From assembly GCA_022760355.1 (NCBI GenBank), contig JALEGB010000087.1:950-64949 (forward strand): a stretch of 64,000 nt of DNA, read 5' to 3'. Made by a program: the position numbers and the translations under genes. The notes under the pieces are model-generated. The model was not told where the DNA came from, did not search any database, and saw only the letters and a list, made by a program, of their open reading frames with translations. The stretch is from Neomegalonema sp. (GTDB lineage: Bacteria > Pseudomonadota > Alphaproteobacteria > Rhodobacterales > Rhodobacteraceae). Of this stretch, positions 57,448-64,000 are shown piece by piece (within the stretch, counting starts at the first letter, position 1; each line of letters starts with the position of its first letter).

Positions 57448-58256
57448 GCCGTCCGCTCTTCGTCGCCCACTTGACTGCGATTGACTTGCCCCCGCCCGCC
57501 TTTATCGAAGCCGCGGCCCGCGCCGGCTTCGAAGGCGTCGGCCTGCGGCTTCTGCGCGTCACCGAAAGCTCGCCCGGCTATCCGCTGATGGATGACGCGG
57601 CAATGCTTGCGGACACGAAGGCGGCGATGGCTGCGACTGGTCTTCGGGTCGCCGATATCGAATTTGTAAAGATCGAACCCGACACCGCCCCTGAAACGCT
57701 CGCCCCGCTGCTTGACGTCGGCGCCGAGTTGGGCGCGCGACATCTCATCACCGCGCCCTATGATCCGGATCTTAGCCGGATGGCCGACCGGCTGAGCGCG
57801 CTCAGCGAGTTAGCAGCGGCGCGCAATATCAGGCTGGCGCTCGAATTCTTTCCTTGGACCGTACTGCCGGATCTCAGCGCCGCCCGCGCGATGGCGGCGC
57901 GGTGCGATGATGCGATCGGCATACTCGTCGACAGTCTGCATTTCGATCGGTCAGGATCGAGCCTCGCGGAATTGAAAGCGACGCCGCCTGAGCTGCTGCC
58001 CTTCGCCCACATCTGCGATGCGCCGGTCGCCCCGCCTTACACCGAGGCGCAATTGCTGCACGCCGCGCGCGCCGAAAGGCTGCCGCCGGGCGACGGGGAG
58101 ATTGACCTGCCCGCGATCATAGAAGCCTTGCCGCCCGACATTCCGCTGGCCGCGGAAGCGCCAATGAGCGCGCTAAGCGCCACAGCAGGTCATGATGAAA
58201 CGCTGCGGCGCGTGTTCGAGGCGACGCGCAAGATCGTCGACGGCGCAGGGCGCTGA
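57444..58256 (+). CDS. sugar phosphate isomerase/epimerase (xylose-isomerase-like TIM barrel) family protein
   Basis: 270 aa with a 4-nt overlap with the upstream flavoprotein gene. The pattern is typical of the family (GFEGVGLR..., RLALEFFPW, DSLHF). Confidence 0.7.
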   Translation: MSRPLFVAHLTAIDLPPPAFIEAAARAGFEGVGLRLLRVTESSPGYPLMDDAAMLADTKAAMAATGLRVADIEFVKIEPDTAPETLAPLLDVGAELGARHLITAPYDPDLSRMADRLSALSELAAARNIRLALEFFPWTVLPDLSAARAMAARCDDAIGILVDSLHFDRSGSSLAELKATPPELLPFAHICDAPVAPPYTEAQLLHAARAERLPPGDGEIDLPAIIEALPPDIPLAAEAPMSALSATAGHDETLRRVFEATRKIVDGAGR

Positions 58257-58353
58257 CGCACAAGCTCTCAGTCTCTGTTTGCTCGCGATTTGCGAGCCGT
58301 TAGATGGGGCGATCTCACTTCAAATCGCTCTCGGCCGCCGATCAAATTGGCGC

Positions 58354-59112
58354 CTAAAACGCGGCCCGCAGCGCCTTCAGGCCGCCGCTCAACACGCCGA
58401 CATCCGAACCGACCGCCAGGAACTCGACGCCCATTTCGGCGTAGCCCTGCGCCAAGGTGCGATCCGACGTCAGGATGCCGGCCGCTTTGCCCGCCGCATG
58501 GATGCGAGACAGCACATCTGACACCACATCCTGCACCTCCGGCGCGCCAGGAGCGCCGAGGAAGCCCATATCGGCGGCAAGGTCCGCCGGCCCGACAAAG
58601 ATCCCATCGACTCCGTCTACCGCCAGAATCTCGTCCAGCGCCGCCACCGCCGTCATCGACTCAACTTGCAGCAGCACGCAAATCTGCTCATCCGCCGTCG
58701 CCAGATAGTCTGGGATTGCATTGTAGGCGGATGCGCGCGCCAGCGCGGCGCCAACGCCGCGAACGCCAACGGGCGGATAGTGGGCCGAGCGCACCGCTTC
58801 CCGCGCCTGTTCAGCACTTTCGATCATCGGGACGAGGATCGTCTGTGCGCCGATATCCAGCATCTGCTTGATCAGCGCACGGTTGTCATCCCGCACCCGC
58901 ACAACGGGCTGCGCCCCGCCGCCAATCGCGCGCAGCTGCGCGAGCACATCCCGCAGTTCGTTCGGCCCATGCTCCGCATCGATCACCAGCCAATCAAACC
59001 CCGCCTGGGCGCAAAGCTCCGCACAGGAAGGATCGCCAAGGCCAAGCCAAAGCCCGATCTGCGTTTCGCCTGCTCGCAGACGCGCCCTAAACCAGTTTAC
59101 CGGAGCCGGCAT
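58354..59112 (-). CDS. hpaI: 4-hydroxy-2-oxoheptanedioate (HpcH/HpaI) aldolase
   Basis: Contains GFDWLVIDAEHGPN, VVRV, ILVPMIESAEQA, and PPVGVRGVG. Confidence 0.85.
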   Translation of the reverse strand: MPAPVNWFRARLRAGETQIGLWLGLGDPSCAELCAQAGFDWLVIDAEHGPNELRDVLAQLRAIGGGAQPVVRVRDDNRALIKQMLDIGAQTILVPMIESAEQAREAVRSAHYPPVGVRGVGAALARASAYNAIPDYLATADEQICVLLQVESMTAVAALDEILAVDGVDGIFVGPADLAADMGFLGAPGAPEVQDVVSDVLSRIHAAGKAAGILTSDRTLAQGYAEMGVEFLAVGSDVGVLSGGLKALRAAF

Positions 59113-59121
59113 CGCGCCCTC

Positions 59122-59922
59122 CTACTCAAATGAGATCGATACGGCGCCGAACGGGCCGTAGTCAGCGTTAATCCGGGTCCCGGACGGGCATTCAATCGGC
59201 GCGATGAAGGAGCCGGAGAGCACGATCTGACCGGCCTCAATCCGCTGACCATACGCGCCCATGCGCTGCGCCAACCACACCAGCCCAGTCGTCGGATCAT
59301 TCAGGACGCCGGCGCCCAGTCCGGTGGCGACAACTTCATCGCCGCTTTGGACGATTGCGCCGACCCACCGCAGATCGACATCATCCGGCGCAAAACGCGC
59401 CTCGCCCAACACGATGCCGGCGTTCGCCGCATTGTCCGAGACCGTGTCATAGATCTTGCGGACCCGCCCTGTCGCCGCGTCCTTGCGCACGATCCGAGTG
59501 TCCAGGATCTCGAGCGCTGGGGCGACCGCCTCGGTCGCCGCCAACACATCCTCGCGGGTTGCGTCCGGCGCCAACGGGGCTTTCATGATGAAAGCGATCT
59601 CCGCCTCGATGCGCGGCTGAATGAACCGGCCCTTCGGCACAATCCCGCCAGAGGCGAACAGCATATCGTCATAGAGGACGCCGCTGTCCGGCGTATCGAT
59701 CCCAAGCGCATCCTGCATTGCTTTTGACGTTAGGCCGATTTTCCAACCGACAATCTCGCGCCCCGCAGCCAGTTTTTGCGCCATCTGGGCTTTCTGGATT
59801 GCATAGGCGTCGTCTAGCGTGATTGCCGGATGCGCCTCTGACAGCAAGCCGATCTGCTCACGCCGCGCTTCAGCCTCAAGCAACGCAATCGCCGCCGCAT
59901 CGACCTCCGCAGCGCTCAGCAT
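59122..59922 (-). CDS. hpaH: 2-oxo-hept-4-ene-1,7-dioate hydratase
   Basis: Contains AYAIQKAQMAQKLAAGREIVGWKIGLTSKAMQ. The call also rests on the hpa context. Confidence 0.8.
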   Translation of the reverse strand: MLSAAEVDAAAIALLEAEARREQIGLLSEAHPAITLDDAYAIQKAQMAQKLAAGREIVGWKIGLTSKAMQDALGIDTPDSGVLYDDMLFASGGIVPKGRFIQPRIEAEIAFIMKAPLAPDATREDVLAATEAVAPALEILDTRIVRKDAATGRVRKIYDTVSDNAANAGIVLGEARFAPDDVDLRWVGAIVQSGDEVVATGLGAGVLNDPTTGLVWLAQRMGAYGQRIEAGQIVLSGSFIAPIECPSGTRINADYGPFGAVSISFE

Positions 59923-60806
59923 TGTTCATCCTCCACGGTGTTTCGGAGCACGCCGAGCCCGTCCGCCGCCACCTCGATGACATCGCCAGGCTCCAGCCAG
60001 ATCGGCGGATCGAACCGGGCCCCGGCGCCGGTAGGCGTGCCGCAAACGATCACGTCCCCAGGAACCAGCGTCGTGAAGGTCGAGACGTAGCTGACAATAA
60101 AACGGAAGCTGAACATCATCCGCGATGTCCGATCCTGCTGCCGGATCTCGCCATTGACCCGCGTGGTCAGCTCAACATCATCCAGCTGCTCCGCAGATCG
60201 GAATGGCGTCACCCAAGGGCCGATCGCGCCCGATCGATCCCAGTTTTTGCCTTGGGTGACGTTAAACTTCGCATGGCGCACCCAATCGCGGATCGTGCCT
60301 TCATTGCAGAGAGTCAAAGCGGCGATGTGATCGTAAGCATCTTCCTGCGCGATCCGACGCCCGCCCTTGCCGATAATGATGGCGATTTCGCCCTCATAAT
60401 CGAGCTGCGGGCTCTCCGGCGGCCGGATCAGCGGCGCGTTATGGCCGGTAAAACTGCGCGGAAAGCGAATAAAGATCGACGGCTTGCTCGGCGCCGCCTG
60501 CCCGTCTTTGTACTCCGCATTGCGATCGGGGAAATTAACTCCGATGCACAACAGCTTCTCAGGATTTGCGATCGGAATGAGAAACTCGACCGCATCCTGG
60601 GCGAAAGTCGGCGAACGCCCATCCGCCGCCCGCACAAGCTCCTCCAACGCGCCCGCCTCTATGACCTCTTTAAGGCCGGCGAAACGCGCGCCAAATTCTG
60701 GCGTGAGATCAATCACGCCATCGTCGACCACCACGCCATAGCGATCGGCGCCGTTGGCGCGGAAAGCGGCGATCCGAGCTGGACTAGGCTTCATCGGCTT
60801 CTCCAT
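59916..60806 (-). CDS. fumarylacetoacetate hydrolase family protein (HpaG-like decarboxylase/isomerase)
   Basis: Contains PSIFIRFPRSFTGHNAPLIRP...LDYEGEIAIIIGKGG and GDVIVCGTPTGAG. Confidence 0.82.
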   Translation of the reverse strand: MEKPMKPSPARIAAFRANGADRYGVVVDDGVIDLTPEFGARFAGLKEVIEAGALEELVRAADGRSPTFAQDAVEFLIPIANPEKLLCIGVNFPDRNAEYKDGQAAPSKPSIFIRFPRSFTGHNAPLIRPPESPQLDYEGEIAIIIGKGGRRIAQEDAYDHIAALTLCNEGTIRDWVRHAKFNVTQGKNWDRSGAIGPWVTPFRSAEQLDDVELTTRVNGEIRQQDRTSRMMFSFRFIVSYVSTFTTLVPGDVIVCGTPTGAGARFDPPIWLEPGDVIEVAADGLGVLRNTVEDEQC

Positions 60807-60809
60807 CCG

Positions 60810-61790
60810 CTAAGGCGCGATAATCGGGGTTGCGTCAAGATCGGACGCGATCGGCTCCACCCCCTGGAAAACTGAGCCATGCTCAAACCAGCTCCGCGGC
60901 GCGGGCGCGCCCCAAAGCGTTTGGCGCTGCGGATCTTTCAGGTCCCACTTAATCGGCTCCAGATCAGGATCGACGGTCTGATAGTCCGAGCAGTAGATCT
61001 CGATCCGATGGCCGTCCGGATCCAGGATGTAGAGGAAGAAGGCGTTAGAGATCCCGTGCCGGCCGGGACCGCGCTCAATGTTGGCGACATAGCCAGTCGT
61101 CGACATCAAGTCGCACAGATCGATGATGTTCAGCGGCGTCGGGACCCAAAAAGCGGTGTGGTGCAAGCGCGGGCCGAGCCCGTTGGTGAAGGCGACGTCA
61201 TGCACGCCGCCCTTGCGATGCATCCAGGCCGCCCACAGGCGGGTGGTGTCCTCATCTTCGGTGTACTCTGTGACCCGAAACCCCATCTCATTGTAGAACG
61301 CCACCGCCTGGTCGACATTGGGCGCGAAGCAGTTGAAATGGTCGATGCGCAGCGGCTTCACACCCTTATAGAGTTCATATTTCTGATGGATCGGCGCTAA
61401 CCGGTCCATTTTAAAGTAGAACTCCAGTGGCGCGCCAAAACAGTCATGGGTCCGCAATGTGCGCCCCTGATAGGCCCGCTCGACCCATTCTGTTTTGTGA
61501 CCGCGCGCAGTGAACCAATCGTGCGCTTTGTTCAGCTCAGCTTCGTCGAACACCTTAAAGCCCAGGCTTCGCACTTCGGCGCGATCATCCTTGCGCAGAA
61601 CAAGACAATGATGCCCCCGCTCTTCCATCGCGCGCAGGAAGATGTGCTCACTGTCTTCGTCTGTGACCTGCAGGCCAAGCGTATCGACATAGAAGGCGCG
61701 CGAGGCGGCCAGGTCTTTGACGCCAAACACCGCATGGCTCAGGCGAACGATGTTGAAAGGAGGATAGAGATTAGGGGCCGGGATCGGCAT
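60810..61790 (-). CDS. type-I (VOC fold) extradiol dioxygenase resembling Gram-positive homoprotocatechuate 2,3-dioxygenase
   Basis: The start is set at MPIPAPNLYPPFNIVRLSHAVF. The string GPGRHGISNAFFLYILDPDGHRIEIYCSDY recalls the HPCD/MndD enzymes. Confidence 0.72.
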   Translation of the reverse strand: MPIPAPNLYPPFNIVRLSHAVFGVKDLAASRAFYVDTLGLQVTDEDSEHIFLRAMEERGHHCLVLRKDDRAEVRSLGFKVFDEAELNKAHDWFTARGHKTEWVERAYQGRTLRTHDCFGAPLEFYFKMDRLAPIHQKYELYKGVKPLRIDHFNCFAPNVDQAVAFYNEMGFRVTEYTEDEDTTRLWAAWMHRKGGVHDVAFTNGLGPRLHHTAFWVPTPLNIIDLCDLMSTTGYVANIERGPGRHGISNAFFLYILDPDGHRIEIYCSDYQTVDPDLEPIKWDLKDPQRQTLWGAPAPRSWFEHGSVFQGVEPIASDLDATPIIAP

Positions 61791-61810
61791 CGCAGGATCT
61801 CCGTGATCGG

Positions 61811-62662
61811 TTAAACAGGGAAGAGAACGTTGGTCTGACCGGTGCCCGAGCTTGGGAAATACTCTGTCAGCACCTCGCATTCGCCGGCATACTGGTCCCA
61901 GCCAAGCGCGCCGTAGAGCATCGCCGTGTCATGCATGGAGCCTTCGCCGCAGCAGTAGCGCGAATATTCTTCAAGCATTTTCAAGAAGGTCGCGTGGTCT
62001 CCACGCTTCCACATCTCCAACACATGCAGATCCATCTGCCGATTGAATTCAGAGGAGATCGTGAATGCGCCGTTATTCGCGGCGTAGTCTTTATTCGCCC
62101 AGATCTTATGGGAAAGCGACCCGGACGCGACCAGCAACACCCGCTGATCGCTCGCCTCGACAGCAGCTCGGATCGCCTCGCCAATGACGCGGCTTTCATC
62201 ATGGCTGTGGACAGTGCACCAGGCGGCGATCGAGACGACCTTCATCTCATGCTCGCGGCTCATAAACCGCATCGGCACCAGCGCGCCATACTCAAGCTCA
62301 AGACTATCCAGCTGATGGCTCAGCGTAAAAACGCCCCGATCGCTCGCTTCTTTCGCGATGGCGTCGCCCAGCTCAGGCGCCCCTTGATAATCATAGGGCA
62401 GATTCTGGATGAACTGCGGGAACTCGTTGGACGTAAACAGCCCCTGAAACCGCCGGTTCGCGTTAATGTGGTAGCCGGCATTGATCACCCAGTGCGTATC
62501 GCACACGATCGCCGTGTCGACGCCCAACGCCTTTGCGCGCCGGCCGATTTCCAGATGGCCATTGATCGCGCTTTGCCGCGCGCCCTTCAGCGGCCCCTCC
62601 TGTTCGGACATCAGCATCGTCGGCACATGCGTGCATTTCGCGGCGAGAACGATTTCGCCCAT
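61811..62662 (-). CDS. hpaD: 3,4-dihydroxyphenylacetate 2,3-dioxygenase, LigB (class III) type
   Basis: The ATG at 62662 is preceded by GGGAGG. It aligns along its length with the remembered E. coli HpaD sequence (MGEIVLAAKCTHVP..., GVDTAIVCDTHWVINAGYHIN..., GEGSMHDTAML..., SSGTGQTNVLFP). Confidence 0.85.
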   Translation of the reverse strand: MGEIVLAAKCTHVPTMLMSEQEGPLKGARQSAINGHLEIGRRAKALGVDTAIVCDTHWVINAGYHINANRRFQGLFTSNEFPQFIQNLPYDYQGAPELGDAIAKEASDRGVFTLSHQLDSLELEYGALVPMRFMSREHEMKVVSIAAWCTVHSHDESRVIGEAIRAAVEASDQRVLLVASGSLSHKIWANKDYAANNGAFTISSEFNRQMDLHVLEMWKRGDHATFLKMLEEYSRYCCGEGSMHDTAMLYGALGWDQYAGECEVLTEYFPSSGTGQTNVLFPV

Positions 62663-62783
62663 GTTTCCTCCCACGCGCATTCGCGCTTGTTGTCATTAAA
62701 TGGGAGCGGCGGATGGGGCGCCCGAAGCGCTCAAGGCCGCTCACTCGCGCGCCGCAATCCGGCGGCGCGCCAAGACGGCGCCG

Positions 62784-64000
62784 TCAGCCGCCAAGCTTCG
62801 GAATGCGGTGGCTTGCGCGCGGGAAGCAGACATTGATCGTTTCCATGTAGAAATCGAACGACCAGTCCCCGCCATCGCGGCCAATGCCGGAGGCCTTCAC
62901 GCCGCCAAACGGCGCCGGCAAGTGGCGAACATTTTCCGAGTTCACCCACATCATGCCGGCCTCAAGCTGATCCGTGACGCGCAGCGCCCGCTCAAGATCT
63001 TGGGTCCAGAGATAAGCTGTCAGGCCATAATCGACGTCATTGGCGATGTTGATCGCCTCCTGCTCATCCTCAAACGGGATCGCGGTCAGGACCGGGCCGA
63101 AGATCTCTTCTTGCGCAACCGCCATGCTGTTGGTCGCGTTGGTGAACAGGGTCGGCCGCACGAAGCACCCGGCCTCCCCCACCTTCGCGCCTCCGGCGGC
63201 GATCGTCGCCCCTTCCTCGACCGCTTTGTCGAAATAGGAGAGCACCTTCTTTTCATGCACCGGGTGGATCAGCGGGCCGACGACCGTGTCCGGGTCCAAA
63301 GGATGCCCCACCTTGATCCGATCCGCGACTTCCGCAACGCGCGCGCAGAAGGGCTCATAGATCGAGCGCTGAACCAGCAGGCGAGACGAGGAGGTGCAAC
63401 GCTCGCCATTCAGCGAGTAGATCATGAAGGTGGCCGCGTCGACGGCGCGATCCAGATCGGCGTCGTCGAACACAATCACCGGGTTCTTGCCGCCAAGCTC
63501 AAAATGCACCCGCTTCAAGCTTGGCGCGCCCTGCGCCATGATCATGGACCCCGTCCGGCTTTCGCCCACAAAGGCGATTGCTTTGATGTCGGGATGCTCG
63601 GTCAACGCCTTGCCCGCATCTTCGCCGAAGCCGTTCACCAGATTGAGCACGCCCTTCGGCAGTCCGGCTTCCTCAGCGATTTCCACCAACAGCTTCGCGG
63701 TCAGCGGCGAGAACTCGGCTGGTTTATGGACCACGGCGCACCCCGCGGCCAACGCCGGCGCGATCTTCCAGGTCGAGAGCATAAACGGCGTGTTCCACGG
63801 GGTGATGACGCCGACCGGGCCGATTGGGCGGCGGGCGGTGACATTCATCTGGTTCGCATTGCGCAGCGCCTGGCCATCCTCGGCCGTGGGCGCCTGATCG
63901 GCGAAAAAGCGGAAATTCTCCGCCCCGCGCAGAGCCGCTTTCGCCATGAAGCGCAGGGCCTGACCGGTATCCATACATTCGGTGAAAGCGATTTCCTCCG
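62784..64000 (-). CDS. hpaE: aldehyde dehydrogenase, probably 5-carboxymethyl-2-hydroxymuconate semialdehyde dehydrogenase (N-terminus outside the window)
   Basis: ALDH motifs FELGGKNP, GERCTSSSR and EEIFGPV. The reading frame stays open to the window end. The specific function is assigned from the hpa cluster context. Confidence 0.78.
   Translation of the reverse strand, partial: EEIAFTECMDTGQALRFMAKAALRGAENFRFFADQAPTAEDGQALRNANQMNVTARRPIGPVGVITPWNTPFMLSTWKIAPALAAGCAVVHKPAEFSPLTAKLLVEIAEEAGLPKGVLNLVNGFGEDAGKALTEHPDIKAIAFVGESRTGSMIMAQGAPSLKRVHFELGGKNPVIVFDDADLDRAVDAATFMIYSLNGERCTSSSRLLVQRSIYEPFCARVAEVADRIKVGHPLDPDTVVGPLIHPVHEKKVLSYFDKAVEEGATIAAGGAKVGEAGCFVRPTLFTNATNSMAVAQEEIFGPVLTAIPFEDEQEAINIANDVDYGLTAYLWTQDLERALRVTDQLEAGMMWVNSENVRHLPAPFGGVKASGIGRDGGDWSFDFYMETINVCFPRASHRIPKLGG

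Overview
High-GC alphaproteobacterial (Hyphomicrobiales-like) chromosome segment. No transposase, integrase, CRISPR array, rRNA or tRNA was seen. Calls come from reading the translations and DNA by eye, with no database search. Layout: glnA 3' end (1-850); an ECF41 sigma factor with AhpD-like partner and a matching promoter motif (1.07-2.5 kb); an AT-rich orphan membrane ORF; a SAF-domain oxidoreductase; an OmpR/histidine-kinase pair; an OafA-like acyltransferase; a circularly permuted two-piece tmRNA gene (about 9.7-10.0 kb, tag ANDNRAPVAMAA). Next comes a roughly 10-kb accessory block (10.06-19.9 kb) between ssrA and a DEAD-box helicase gene. Core genes follow: rnj, birA and nuoN-nuoG on the minus strand (22-35.5 kb), with no nuoA-F upstream. 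Instead there is a terminated 1017-aa DUF5060/GH-like protein with a long Ala/Pro-rich region. After that: an orphan XRE/S24 repressor, enoyl-CoA hydratase plus PaaI thioesterase, phnCDE with an oversized second PhnE, a secreted SNase-like nuclease, a TctCBA-shikimate dehydrogenase-dehydroshikimate dehydratase operon with a LysR regulator, and a homoprotocatechuate meta-cleavage cluster (hpaI/H/G-like/D/E) carrying two unrelated extradiol dioxygenases. The best candidates for an undescribed system are both in the ssrA-adjacent block. One is an AIPR (abortive-infection) gene followed by an 803-aa expanded DUF3422-like membrane-anchored protein whose Shine-Dalgarno sits in a strong hairpin. The other is a tightly packed three-gene operon: a divergent class-A PBP-like protein, a 4-TM coiled-coil protein and a small soluble protein, ending in a triplicated 17-bp repeat.
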